From positions 1-50,385 of IMG/VR virus record IMGVR_UViG_3300005253_000363: DNA of 50,385 nucleotides. One strand, written 5' to 3'. Shown one piece after another: positions 37,619 to 46,576 of this stretch (positions are counted from its first letter, which is position 1; every line of letters starts with the position of its first letter). A program made the translations under genes and the position numbers. The DNA is from a virus (Duplodnaviria > Caudoviricetes). Under the pieces are notes generated by a model. That model was not told the origin of the DNA. It saw only the letters and a program-made list of their open reading frames with translations, and did not search any database.

Positions 37619-38295
37619 TAATGACCTCCTTTGACGAGTTGAAGATAGTCATCCATTGTATTGATGTGAAGGTCATCTCTGGAGCGGATTCTGGCTTGCT
37701 GTTCGATATAGTCCACTGGGGCTCCTGAGTTTCTAAGGTAATCCAAGTAGGCCTGGGTTTCATCCGAGGCCTTGGAGACAAATGTCTGCTTGGGGAGGAT
37801 ACTGACTGCTGAGGCCAAAGCGTCGATGATGTCTTTAATGGTGGACATGGGGAAGTCCAAGACTTCTTCCAGAAGGGAATACTGGGATTTCTTGACAAAG
37901 AGGCGGCCTTGGGAGACTACCGGCTGAAGATGGGTTCTGATCCTGAAGTCCTTGTTCATGGAGGTAGGGTGGACTATGGACTGGGAAGGAAGGTTGATTC
38001 CTTTTTCGTAAGCATCAAGAGAGACTGAATCCGCAAAGAGTCCTTGCTGGGCGTTGCCTTCAATGCCGAAGACTTCAGGCTTGTACTTGGCGTTGAATTC
38101 GTAGATTTTCTGGTAGATCTTTTGGGTGGCACAGCGTTCAGCCCATGTTTCACGGACAAAGATTCGGTTGGCTGCATCGGAGGAGACTGCTACGATTGCA
38201 GATCGGGCTTTGGTTTTTTGTTTGTTCTCCTTGCCTCCGGCTGGATCTAGGAAGCAGACTGTGGAGATGAGGTAGTCTCTTGAGAGCTTCTGCAT
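37618..38295 (-). CDS. terL: Terminase large subunit, C-terminal RNase H-like nuclease part
   Basis: FLDPA, FGIEGNAQQ, KDFRI, DFP...KDIIDALA motifs. Confidence 0.88.
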   Translation of the reverse strand: MQKLSRDYLISTVCFLDPAGGKENKQKTKARSAIVAVSSDAANRIFVRETWAERCATQKIYQKIYEFNAKYKPEVFGIEGNAQQGLFADSVSLDAYEKGINLPSQSIVHPTSMNKDFRIRTHLQPVVSQGRLFVKKSQYSLLEEVLDFPMSTIKDIIDALASAVSILPKQTFVSKASDETQAYLDYLRNSGAPVDYIEQQARIRSRDDLHINTMDDYLQLVKGGH

Positions 38296-38507
38296 GCTTC
38301 AATCTGTTCCCAACGAACTCTGGGAACTGGACCTCCTTCAGGGACGTTGGGAAACTGAGGACTGGAGAGTGTGATGTGAATAGCGTTGAATTCGTGGACA
38401 AGAGCCCCCGAACCGACTCCTACGATTTCTACTCCTTCTGGCAAGTCTAGGATCTCTTTTAAGTCTTTATAAGTAAGACGAAGATAGCCGACTTTATCCT
38501 GATTCAT
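38247..38507 (-). CDS. Hypothetical protein
   Basis: LDLPEG...FPNVPEG; RBS. Confidence 0.6.
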   Translation of the reverse strand: MNQDKVGYLRLTYKDLKEILDLPEGVEIVGVGSGALVHEFNAIHITLSSPQFPNVPEGGPVPRVRWEQIEACRSSQETTSSPQSAS

Positions 38508-39069
38508 GTTCCTTCTCCTCAGTTAAGATTGTATAAAGTTTCCTTGTTGCTTTGATGTCCTCCAGTGCATCATGGGCATCGAACTCGATGTCGAAGTGGT
38601 GGCAGACAGTTTCCAGCTTTTGATTGGGAAGACTGGTATCTGTCTCGATCAGGTATCGAGCGAGGAATGATTGGACATCCAGCTTGGCCCACATGATGTA
38701 AGCTCCGTAGTAGTCGTTCTTGTTTTTCTTGAAGGCTGCTCGGAGGAACTTGTCATCGAAGCCTACATTGTAGCCTGCAAGCACGAACTTGTCTCTGGAA
38801 TCGAATCGGTCTATGTGGCGTTGCAGAGCAGTCTCGAATTTGTAGATTCCCTCGGATTGGGATTGGAAACTCTCGAAGTCCTTTTCGGAGAACTTGTTCT
38901 TCATGAGAGCTTCTGGAGAAATGACTGAATCGGGACCGGGCTTCATGAAGATTTCGGATTCTTCCATCATCTGGCCGTCGATTTCGATTAAATAACCGAT
39001 TTGGATGATATCGTTTGTGAAGGCGTTTATGCCGGAGGTTTCTGTGTCGAGCCAGAGGATTTTTCCCAT
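38494..39069 (-). CDS. DEDDh 3'-5' exonuclease (DnaQ-like)
   Basis: LDTETSG, GYNVGFD, AHDALED. Confidence 0.9.
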   Translation of the reverse strand: MGKILWLDTETSGINAFTNDIIQIGYLIEIDGQMMEESEIFMKPGPDSVISPEALMKNKFSEKDFESFQSQSEGIYKFETALQRHIDRFDSRDKFVLAGYNVGFDDKFLRAAFKKNKNDYYGAYIMWAKLDVQSFLARYLIETDTSLPNQKLETVCHHFDIEFDAHDALEDIKATRKLYTILTEEKEHESG

Positions 39070-39368
39070 TAGATTTTAGTTTCGTCCAGTTTATGTTCTC
39101 CACACCAATCACTAACAAACACTACAGGCCAACCATTCAAGGTAGGCGCATTTCGGCGACAACGACCAATATTGGATTCAGTGGTTCGTACAGACTCGGC
39201 TTCTTCCACAGGAACAATTTTTCCCGGCCTCGCTTCTACAATCTTACTAAAACTCCCTTTAACGATATAAACTGGGGGTTGCTTCAAAACAAACCACATG
39301 CAAGTCTTACATTTATTTTTTCCTTCGTGATGATTCCAGTTATCTTCTGACATATTATTTCTCCTCAA
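39069..39368 (-). CDS. Cys-rich hypothetical protein
   Basis: CKTC...GRCRRNAP...WP...DWCGEH. Confidence 0.65.
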   Translation of the reverse strand: MRRNNMSEDNWNHHEGKNKCKTCMWFVLKQPPVYIVKGSFSKIVEARPGKIVPVEEAESVRTTESNIGRCRRNAPTLNGWPVVFVSDWCGEHKLDETKI

Positions 39369-39652
39369 AAACCGAAAAGTTTTTTTAGTCTGATATAATA
39401 TTCAGACTCGTCCATAAATTCAGTGTTTGTTCTAAATCTAACAATACGATCAAACTCAAATGATTTACTTTTAAGCCTTTCAAGTTCCAAGATAACTTCT
39501 TGAGTCTTGTTTTTCTTGCCGAGCAGTTCAGTTGTCCTTCCGGTTATTTCTGAAGACCTTAAACCAAGATATTGTTTCAAATCGTCAAATGAGGTCATGT
39601 AAATTTCATCCATGAGTTTAAGATTGATTAACAAAACTTCCCAGTTATCCAA
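39365..39652 (-). CDS. Hypothetical protein (AT-rich)
   Basis: ORF overlapping the TerL-N stop. Confidence 0.55.
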   Translation of the reverse strand: MDNWEVLLINLKLMDEIYMTSFDDLKQYLGLRSSEITGRTTELLGKKNKTQEVILELERLKSKSFEFDRIVRFRTNTEFMDESEYYIRLKKLFGF

Positions 39653-40824
39653 GCATCTCGTTTGAATTCTATGTCAGCCCAAGAAGCATATTGTTTGTAC
39701 TCAGGCTTCTTCGGTTCTTCCTTCTCAGGTTCAGCCATCATCAAGGCTACCATACTCTGATCCCTTTCGTCATCCTCAAAAATGAAATCATTGCCTACTT
39801 CTTCGTAGAAGCGGAGATCGGATTCCCGGAAATCTGTGAGTCCTGCGTCGCGGGGATTGTTCAGGTAGAGTAGGGAGAACAGGGGGCCGAGGGATTCTTT
39901 GAGATTGTGAACGGCCTGCTTGGAGAATTCTTCGGGAAAGATGATCTTCCCATTCTCGATTAGAGAGCGTTTGTAGACGGATACTGTAGGATCATTCTCG
40001 ATCATTTCTGCGTAGAGATCATTAGTTGCCCAGTGTGTCCCGACTGTAAACTCTTGTGATATATCCAAGTCCTCCATCATAGGCCGGGAAACTCTTTGCC
40101 ACTCTTTAGCAGTTTCCATTACGGATTCAGAGCCTCGTGCTTCAAGGGAGATGAGATCGTCGTTGATGAGGTCAGTGAAATGACCGCCTGTGATGGCACC
40201 GCCTACACCGATTCCCTGCATAGTAGGATCGGACTGCTCAAATGACAGGTCTCTAGGAAGAAAGAACATAGAACTGTTCCATTTCCGGGCTTGTCTTCGA
40301 GGAGCATCCCAGCACTTGTCGGGCCATAAGACACGGAGTAATGCGTTTCTCTCGAAGTGCTGCTGAATCCATTGAATATGCTTGGAAGCATGATGCTCTG
40401 TCTCGCAGGATAAAAGGATTTTGCATTCCAGTCCGTTATGTCCGGGCCAATAGACATTGCTTTCCTTGGGTTGTATAAACTTATGGATTGGAAGTCCTTT
40501 GGAGACTATCGTGGACTTGAACGTATCTCGTGGAAGCATGATGAGCTTTCTGTACGGGGGAATCTTCTGGATAAACTCACAGACTTCACGGTGGAGGTGA
40601 TTTGTTAAACGGGTGAGGCCAAGAATAGCTTTGCAGAAGAAGTGGAGGTCTGTTTCAGCTTTCTTTTTGACAAGTTTTAGAAGGCGGCCATTAGGGTCTG
40701 TGGTTCCTGCTTGACGGGGTTCCCCGTTTTTCTGGATGACGAGTTCCCGGTCCAGGAGTTGTTTTGGGGGTGGGGGGATGTATTGTGGGGATTCCTTTGA
40801 AAGTGTATCCAGTATGTCCATCAA
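39628..40824 (-). CDS. terL: Terminase large subunit, N-terminal ATPase part
   Basis: MLPRDTFKST (Walker A), ITGGHFTDLINDD (Walker B), GTHW..NDLY, FPEEF, YLNNP. Confidence 0.92.
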   Translation of the reverse strand: MMDILDTLSKESPQYIPPPPKQLLDRELVIQKNGEPRQAGTTDPNGRLLKLVKKKAETDLHFFCKAILGLTRLTNHLHREVCEFIQKIPPYRKLIMLPRDTFKSTIVSKGLPIHKFIQPKESNVYWPGHNGLECKILLSCETEHHASKHIQWIQQHFERNALLRVLWPDKCWDAPRRQARKWNSSMFFLPRDLSFEQSDPTMQGIGVGGAITGGHFTDLINDDLISLEARGSESVMETAKEWQRVSRPMMEDLDISQEFTVGTHWATNDLYAEMIENDPTVSVYKRSLIENGKIIFPEEFSKQAVHNLKESLGPLFSLLYLNNPRDAGLTDFRESDLRFYEEVGNDFIFEDDERDQSMVALMMAEPEKEEPKKPEYKQYASWADIEFKRDAWITGKFC

Positions 40825-41033
40825 CGATCACTTCTTCCGACAGAGATGCCATCTAATACATTCGTAAATTCCCGCCACTTTCTCAGGAGCGTCATAGTCA
40901 TCCCGCCTTTAGGAAATGCAGCGAGTTGGCCTCTCGACAGAGCCTCTTTCAAGGATTTTCTGGTCAGCGTTTTGGATGAGACTATTCTTCTGAGTTTACC
41001 TTCTGGACTGAAAACTTTTACTTGATAGATCAT
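40821..41033 (-). CDS. Hypothetical protein
   Basis: GGAGG RBS; coupled to TerL. Confidence 0.55.
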   Translation of the reverse strand: MIYQVKVFSPEGKLRRIVSSKTLTRKSLKEALSRGQLAAFPKGGMTMTLLRKWREFTNVLDGISVGRSDR

Positions 41034-41364
41034 GGTCTACCTCCGTTTTCTTCCCTTGGTGCTTCGTTCTTTTGCTTGCTGGATTATCTCCTTCGGGGTT
41101 GGCGACTGGGGCTTTACCTGATTCCCGAACTCGTCCTTCTGTTTCTTCTTTGGATTGTTGGGGTGCGTTCCCATAATTTCTTTCCTCTGTGTAAGTAATT
41201 AAGGATGCTTGCAGGATTTCTTTGAGGCGTTCTGCTATGACTATCTGGTCACTTACATCTGTAGATGAGGCTCTGGCCATGTGGCCTAGATCTACAATAT
41301 GTCGGCTGACTCTTGCAATCCAAGTTTGAGTAGTATCGGCTTGGAAATCATTTTCTATTTTCAT
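40996..41364 (-). CDS. Hypothetical protein
   Basis: MKIENDFQ... start after GGAG. Confidence 0.5.
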   Translation of the reverse strand: MKIENDFQADTTQTWIARVSRHIVDLGHMARASSTDVSDQIVIAERLKEILQASLITYTEERNYGNAPQQSKEETEGRVRESGKAPVANPEGDNPASKRTKHQGKKTEVDHDLSSKSFQSRR

Positions 41365-41564
41365 TCTGGAATCTCCTGCATTCTTTGAAATTCTGCCATA
41401 ATTGTTTGACACAGACGATCTCCCACACTTTTGGCATTTGTTGAGTCGAACTCACCTGCCCCACCCGGGGTCTGCCAACACATAGAAGCCTCACCCATTG
41501 CCACCATGACAGGCTCCCGAATTTGTTCAGGTACTTCAAATGATTTCTCGTTAATCGTTTTCAT
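41361..41564 (-). CDS. Hypothetical protein
   Basis: MKTINEK...GEASMCW...GEFDS. Confidence 0.55.
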   Translation of the reverse strand: MKTINEKSFEVPEQIREPVMVAMGEASMCWQTPGGAGEFDSTNAKSVGDRLCQTIMAEFQRMQEIPE

Positions 41565-41695
41565 TTTTTTCCTCCACATTCTCCACGACACGAGTTATCC
41601 CAGACATGACTGGTTCTACTACAACTATCTGGGGGGTGGACGCTGATACAAGCAGAAAGCGTCAGGATTACAAATAAGACAGTTAAGAGTTTCAT
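41561..41695 (-). CDS. 44-aa lipoprotein
   Basis: MKLLTVLFVILTLSA-C lipobox; AAGGAG RBS. Confidence 0.55.
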   Translation of the reverse strand: MKLLTVLFVILTLSACISVHPPDSCSRTSHVWDNSCRGECGGKK

Positions 41696-41880
41696 TTCTT
41701 TCTCCTTTTAAGCATTTTCATTCTTTCTTTCAAGTAATCCGGCGAAAGTCCGATATCAAAATCTTTCCGGCAATGTGAACACCAAACAGTGTGCTTAATC
41801 AGATACTGCATTGGATCAGCTAAGTCGTGTCTTTCCCGTAACTTTTTTTCCTCGTGTTCTTTTACTGCATCACGGTACAC
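41692..41880 (-). CDS. Small CxxC protein (inserted)
   Basis: GTG start after the duplicated RBS; CSHC. Confidence 0.55.
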   Translation of the reverse strand: MYRDAVKEHEEKKLRERHDLADPMQYLIKHTVWCSHCRKDFDIGLSPDYLKERMKMLKRRKK

Positions 41881-41900
41881 TATTTCTTTCTCCTTTTAAG
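41694..41900. repeat. 19-bp perfect direct repeat flanking gene 41692-41880
   Basis: atttctttctccttttaag at 41694-41712 and 41882-41900. Confidence 0.9.
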
Positions 41901-42062
41901 TTTCTGCCCCGAAGCAATAGCTCCAAATAGTCCACGTTGCTTCTCTGTCAGTGGCTTCCCTCTGACTTCCTTGTCACTAAGAATCTTCCGGGCCTTGGTT
42001 CTGCTGAGGGGCCTCTTGGGTTTCTTGTTCTTGCGTTTGGTGGATTTCTGGTGCGGCATCAA
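41880..42062 (-). CDS. Basic hypothetical protein
   Basis: KARKILSD...GKPLTEKQRGLFGAIA. Confidence 0.6.
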   Translation of the reverse strand: MMPHQKSTKRKNKKPKRPLSRTKARKILSDKEVRGKPLTEKQRGLFGAIASGQKLKRRKK

Positions 42063-42624
42063 TCTCTCCTTCCAACAAATCTATCACTTCTTCATCGGAT
42101 TTTCCAGTGAGTTGTTCCGGTTTGATGCTCAGATTATCCGCCAGAGCTGCTGCCAGGTTTTGAACGGAATCTCCGAATTCGATTATCTTGGTTTCCTCGT
42201 GTTGGGTCTTGGACACCTTCGGCATCTGTCGGTCAAAGAGTTCCTTGGCTGCGGAGACACGGACATTTTCAGAATCAGCATCGTCCATGAGATGCTCCAG
42301 TGTTCGCATGGTCTTTTCCGTGATTCGGTCCAAATACTTCGTGGCATCGAAGACCGAGGCTTCCTCCACCTGTTTTCTGAGATCACCGATATAGATTTTA
42401 TAGACTGGAGAACTCCTGACTCGGTGGATGGTCATCTGGTGGCAATTAAGTTCTCTTGCAATCTGTTTGTTCTTGTAACCCATGATTTCCATTTGGGCGA
42501 TTGCGCGGTGGCGATCATTGAGTTCTTCGATGGGAGCGTAGGATAAAGGGGGAGCGGATTCAAGCTCTGGAAAAGCTTGGAGGGCGGGGAGTTCGTGATT
42601 TGGAATACCAGTGCCTTCACTCAT
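41977..42624 (-). CDS. terS: Terminase small subunit candidate (HTH)
   Basis: GYKNKQIARELN HTH and VRVSAAKELFDR; upstream of TerL. Confidence 0.6.
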   Translation of the reverse strand: MSEGTGIPNHELPALQAFPELESAPPLSYAPIEELNDRHRAIAQMEIMGYKNKQIARELNCHQMTIHRVRSSPVYKIYIGDLRKQVEEASVFDATKYLDRITEKTMRTLEHLMDDADSENVRVSAAKELFDRQMPKVSKTQHEETKIIEFGDSVQNLAAALADNLSIKPEQLTGKSDEEVIDLLEGEIDAAPEIHQTQEQETQEAPQQNQGPEDS

Positions 42625-42977
42625 TCATAAATCTCCTTGTGAAGGTCGTAGAAAGCCCTTTCAAGCAATACTACACATTTTTCTTCGTCAGATACAATTC
42701 CTTTTGCTTTCCTTGGCCTCAATGCCGCAGTATGGCAATGCAATAGCTCATGGATTACTGCCCTTTCAAATTCCTCTTCTTTTTCATGTTCTGGTATTTC
42801 GTAAAATCGAGGGTCTTTTATTTTCATGTGTGAATTAAGATAATCCGTCTGAACCGAAGAGAACCCCCAGCCCTCGATAGCCTTATCCCCGACCAACGCG
42901 CAGGAAATATCCCAATGATCGAGCTTCAACTTCTTCTGCCAGTACCGGACTTTGCGTTCAAGTTGTTTTTGGTTCAT
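42621..42977 (-). CDS. HExxH zincin-like protein
   Basis: VIHELLHCH and WQKKLKLDHW. Confidence 0.65.
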   Translation of the reverse strand: MNQKQLERKVRYWQKKLKLDHWDISCALVGDKAIEGWGFSSVQTDYLNSHMKIKDPRFYEIPEHEKEEEFERAVIHELLHCHTAALRPRKAKGIVSDEEKCVVLLERAFYDLHKEIYE

Positions 42978-43204
42978 AGAGAAATCCCCCAGTCATCATA
43001 AAGATCTTTAACAGGTTTACAATCTACAGGCATCACCAGATAAACGTATCCCTCTCTAATGCCATCAGAGTGAACCCAATAATTCTGATTGCATCTGACA
43101 ACATCACCCCTATTTTCGTTAACCGCCTTTAAAATAGTCCAAGACATTTTCAGGCCGCCCCTAAGTTTTTTTAACCTTTGTCGAATACTTTTGAATACTT
43201 GCAT
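42974..43204 (-). CDS. Hypothetical protein
   Basis: Coupled ORF. Confidence 0.5.
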   Translation of the reverse strand: MQVFKSIRQRLKKLRGGLKMSWTILKAVNENRGDVVRCNQNYWVHSDGIREGYVYLVMPVDCKPVKDLYDDWGISL

Positions 43205-43233
43205 TTAAGACTCCAAAGTAAAGTTTGTTTAAT

Positions 43234-43479
43234 TTAAGCTGCTTTTGGTTCATCGGGAGGTTCTCCTGGCCCAAGCCGCCCCATTCCTTGAATTAAATCA
43301 AGATTTGGATTGGTCGGATCATGAAAGGGTTTCTCAGTAAGATCTTGGGGTACATAGGGAACTTCACGTTGATACAGTTCACTACGGCACCACGGGCAGT
43401 ATTTAATGTGGATCATCCCAATCGCTTCGTGGAAGAGGTTTCCAATTGCTTCCCAGTCTTTACAGCTACAAGAATTCAT
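43234..43479 (-). CDS. Small Zn-binding protein
   Basis: CSC...YCPWC. Confidence 0.55.
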   Translation of the reverse strand: MNSCSCKDWEAIGNLFHEAIGMIHIKYCPWCRSELYQREVPYVPQDLTEKPFHDPTNPNLDLIQGMGRLGPGEPPDEPKAA

Positions 43480-43679
43480 ATACTATCCTCAGTCTTATCA
43501 ACAGAAATCTTTAATGGTACACAGGAGAACCAAGTCCCTCTTTGATGACCGGGTTCATCCCTGAGGCGGTTCATTTCCTTCATGCACTGTTCTTGTCCCT
43601 GGATCGTATCGATGTGGAATATGTCGGTAATCTCTCCGGGACGATTGAAGAGTATCATGAGGAGGAGGTAGTAGGTCAC
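43476..43679 (-). CDS. Hypothetical protein
   Basis: Hydrophobic N-terminus; C...C pair. Confidence 0.5.
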   Translation of the reverse strand: MTYYLLLMILFNRPGEITDIFHIDTIQGQEQCMKEMNRLRDEPGHQRGTWFSCVPLKISVDKTEDSI

Positions 43680-43930
43680 GAAAAAAGCTCCTTCATATAT
43701 TTCCAGAGAGTGACTTTTACGGGTTTACGAGCTTGTTCAAAACTCGAACAATCTCCTTTTTTATTCAAACTGGAACACAACCCATAACTGTCTCGTCCGT
43801 TAGAGGAGTAATCCTCCCTGGCAACCAAGCAATGCGAATAGGACAGATTATAATAGTTAGGCCAGATGTGACTGCAATCAGTACAAACTTTCACACCGTC
43901 ACCCATCCTTTCCCGTAACAGCCAATACAC
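43676..43930 (-). CDS. Cys-rich hypothetical protein
   Basis: CTDC...C...C...NKKGDC. Confidence 0.55.
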   Translation of the reverse strand: MYWLLRERMGDGVKVCTDCSHIWPNYYNLSYSHCLVAREDYSSNGRDSYGLCSSLNKKGDCSSFEQARKPVKVTLWKYMKELFS

Positions 43931-44088
43931 TCATGTTTTACCCGCGATAATAATTGACCCCAAGGCGACCATATTTCATCGGCCTTCTTTTTGCTTTCTA
44001 TTTCGCCAACACCATTACACATTGGGCATTTCACAAACTGTAAAACCTCAATCAAAGAATTAAATTGACCTCCATCACTACCCATCAA
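43891..44088 (-). CDS. DnaJ-type zinc-finger micro-protein
   Basis: CPMCNGVG and CIGCYGKG. Confidence 0.6.
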   Translation of the reverse strand: MMGSDGGQFNSLIEVLQFVKCPMCNGVGEIESKKKADEIWSPWGQLLSRVKHECIGCYGKGWVTV

Positions 44089-44357
44089 TTCCTCCTCTTT
44101 TCCATTTCAGCTTCCATCACACATTCCACCGAGCAGAAGTTCTTCTCACCTTCCCAGTATAAGGTATTTCCGGTCTGCTCGTCCGATGGAGAGCCACAGT
44201 GCCAGCAGGGAGAGACAAGTCGGACTCCGCACCAGGGGCAGAAGAGGAAGCTGGAAAGTTCAACACTTCTTGTTTCTTGTGGGGATATTGTTCCAATATG
44301 AGAAAGACGCTTTTCTTCCAACTCTTTCCACTGATCGCATTTGCAGTAACGGGTCAT
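44085..44357 (-). CDS. Zn-binding protein (FCPWCG and FCS motifs)
   Basis: CKC, FCPWCG, CWHCG, FCSVEC. Confidence 0.6.
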   Translation of the reverse strand: MTRYCKCDQWKELEEKRLSHIGTISPQETRSVELSSFLFCPWCGVRLVSPCWHCGSPSDEQTGNTLYWEGEKNFCSVECVMEAEMEKRRN

Positions 44358-44545
44358 TTTAATACTCTTTTAATAATGCTTTTGGCTTCTTTAGCAGCAG
44401 AGTCTACTACAAATTTGTTGAAACTAGCACGCTGGCCAACTTCGCTGGTTGCGTTCAATAAATCTATAGCACGCTGGATGGAATCCATCTGTTCTAGGGA
44501 TTTAAATCTAATCATCCGCTTGTCGGATTTTCTTTCGCTTGTCAT
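44354..44545 (-). CDS. RHH / DUF1778-like DNA-binding protein
   Basis: RMIRF...IQRA...SFNKFVVDSA. Confidence 0.5.
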   Translation of the reverse strand: MTSERKSDKRMIRFKSLEQMDSIQRAIDLLNATSEVGQRASFNKFVVDSAAKEAKSIIKRVLK

Positions 44546-45000
44546 TTCTTCGGCCTGTACAAAAAAACTTCCACATCAGGAAGCCTCGAAAAAGTTTCCT
44601 CGATCTTGGGAAGAACATGATTCCAATTGAGTCCACCCAGACCACAACCGAGAGCCGGAATCGCAATTGATTTAATGTTTAGTCTCTCAATCGTTTGTTC
44701 CAGGGCTTTTAATCCCTTTGTAATATAAACAAGTTCCGAAGGTTTCTTCCAAGTGCTCTTTGTCGGGAAGTTTATGATGTATTTTGGGTGCGGCCTCTCA
44801 AGTCTTGTTGCTGAGACAAGAACAGTTCCAATATTCAGCTCCCCACTTTTACAGGCTTGTTCGTAAAATTTAAAGTTCAGGTTGAATTGTTTTTTCATGT
44901 GAAGTGCCAGTCCTTTACCCATAACACCTTCACAGTTGACTGGATTGACGTAGGCTTCGGCAGTTGAGCTTAAAAGGTCGTTAGAGAGTATCTGGATCAT
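44542..45000 (-). CDS. Macrodomain ADP-ribosyl hydrolase, DarG-like
   Basis: VNPVNCEGVMGKGLA, IINFPTK..W, SIAIPALGCGLGGLNW. Confidence 0.9.
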   Translation of the reverse strand: MIQILSNDLLSSTAEAYVNPVNCEGVMGKGLALHMKKQFNLNFKFYEQACKSGELNIGTVLVSATRLERPHPKYIINFPTKSTWKKPSELVYITKGLKALEQTIERLNIKSIAIPALGCGLGGLNWNHVLPKIEETFSRLPDVEVFLYRPKK

Positions 45001-45395
45001 GGTTGATTCTCCCAAAACTTTGGAAAGGCATCGTTTGATACTAACCAATTGCCCACTGACTGGTCATAGATCAAAATGATCGGCTTTGTTCGACTTGACC
45101 ACATAGAAATTATGCCGTCCCTTGCATGGTTCTGGCTGTATTTTAAAATTTGAATTATATGCCCGAAATATGGAATCAGATATTTTTCAATCTCTTCTTC
45201 ACTAAAATCTCGTAGGTTACCAGTGAATACCAATGTGTCCCATCGACCTGTACAGCCAATAGAAAAGTGCATTGGCCCCTCAGATCCGTATGGACGCGCT
45301 TCATCATTGATGTCAAATTCCAACTGCTCTAACGAAGTTTCACTTCCACGACTGTCAAAAGAGATTACTCCGGCCATTTGCGTCCATTCACTCAT
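44997..45395 (-). CDS. Hypothetical protein
   Basis: MSEWT...PYGSEG...GNLRD. Confidence 0.6.
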   Translation of the reverse strand: MSEWTQMAGVISFDSRGSETSLEQLEFDINDEARPYGSEGPMHFSIGCTGRWDTLVFTGNLRDFSEEEIEKYLIPYFGHIIQILKYSQNHARDGIISMWSSRTKPIILIYDQSVGNWLVSNDAFPKFWENQP

Positions 45396-45565
45396 TCCCT
45401 TCCCTCCTCCACAAGTTTCTTCAGTTCGAGATCCCAGTCGGTGTCGGGAGTTGAATTGACGGGCTCGGCAAATATGTCAACACTGAGATATGCGAGCATT
45501 TTCTGCTCCTGCACTTCAAAGGCTTCTCTCAAAATCTTTAGGAGTTCTTCATCCATAGTCATCAT
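45392..45565 (-). CDS. Acidic hypothetical protein
   Basis: MMTMDEELLKILREAF...; coupled. Confidence 0.45.
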   Translation of the reverse strand: MMTMDEELLKILREAFEVQEQKMLAYLSVDIFAEPVNSTPDTDWDLELKKLVEEGRE

Positions 45566-45579
45566 CCTCACTTTCTCCC

Positions 45580-45867
45580 CTAAACTTTTTCTTCTTCTAG
45601 TGGTATAGTTATCAGTGAAAGATAGTGTTTTTCAACCTGCTTGTAATTAATGATATCGGCTTCGAGTTCTGCATTTAACTCCTTTAAATCATCACGCTCT
45701 TTGGTGAATCTATTAACTTCACTGATGTGACAATCATTTGAAGTTTGTAATTCAGAACGGAACCGCTCCACTTCCTTGATGAGCCATCTAAAATCAACAG
45801 TCGGCATTTCACGGTACTTTGCCATTCTCCTTTTAATCCCGTCCAACCTATCATTATCTGTTGCCAT
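45580..45867 (-). CDS. Ead/Ea22-like coiled-coil protein
   Basis: WLIKEVERFR; GGAGG RBS. Confidence 0.55.
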   Translation of the reverse strand: MATDNDRLDGIKRRMAKYREMPTVDFRWLIKEVERFRSELQTSNDCHISEVNRFTKERDDLKELNAELEADIINYKQVEKHYLSLITIPLEEEKV

Positions 45868-45887
45868 GGTTTGCCTCCTTCCTTGCA

Positions 45888-45916
45888 AAGATAATCCCCC
45901 ATCCTCAAGGTGTCAA
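45888..45916 (-). promoter_or_regulatory. sigma70-type promoter
   Basis: TTGACA-17-TATCTT on the minus strand, upstream of ATG 45867. Confidence 0.65.
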
Positions 45917-45951
45917 GTGGAAACTGTAATAGAATAACAGTGACTGTAATT

Positions 45952-46200
45952 TTATTTTTTATTGTGATTGTGCCAGATATCTTTGCACTTGGAACAGCAA
46001 AATAGAGTTCTTTGAGTATACCCCTTCTGAAGGAAAGCTTTTCCACATTGCTTGCATTGCTTTACGTTTAGAGCCTCATTGACTTCAATCACCCTAGATT
46101 CCATAAATCTAAGTGCTTTGTGGGCTTGTGGATACAGGTCCACAAGTTCACTGAAATGGCTCAACATAAATTGTAATCGACTTCTACTATCATTATCCAT
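45952..46200 (-). CDS. Zn-finger protein (CxxC...CSxxC)
   Basis: CKQCGKAF...FCCSKCK. Confidence 0.6.
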   Translation of the reverse strand: MDNDSRSRLQFMLSHFSELVDLYPQAHKALRFMESRVIEVNEALNVKQCKQCGKAFLQKGYTQRTLFCCSKCKDIWHNHNKK

Positions 46201-46221
46201 GATGAATCTCCTTTCAAACCA

Positions 46222-46250
46222 AGATTAGACTTCTTACACTCAAATGTCAA
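46222..46250 (-). promoter_or_regulatory. sigma70-type promoter for the leftward arm
   Basis: TTGACA-17-TAATCT on the minus strand, followed by AAGGAG RBS. Confidence 0.6.
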
Positions 46251-46576
46251 CAATAAAGTGCGAATCTGAAAATTTGGTGCGTGTTTTGAAATTCAGCTTC
46301 ATCGCTATCTCCACAACTCCGGTTGGGGGCCCTGGGGGGTCTATTATTTACATTGACACTCCCTGATAGGCTGTGATCGACTGAGTTACAGTCACAGTGA
46401 CACTGAGGCAGGGGAGTGAGCAGGCACAGGGCTAGAGCCTTAGAATATAATACTACTATGCTAGCATCTTAGAGCCTGGCTTAGCCAGACACACAGGAGC
46501 AAGCTATTCCCAGGTATCTGGAACCCTTGCATGTCACATGCTTTCAGGCCCTCAGATCGCCTCTCAATCCCAAAAG

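Noticed and set aside
41854-42546. 230-aa plus-strand ORF and other long antisense ORFs (e.g. 5398-5895, 17927-18427), plus the same-strand off-frame ORF 29189-29710
   Set aside because: These are shadow frames of well-supported genes, with no RBS or motifs
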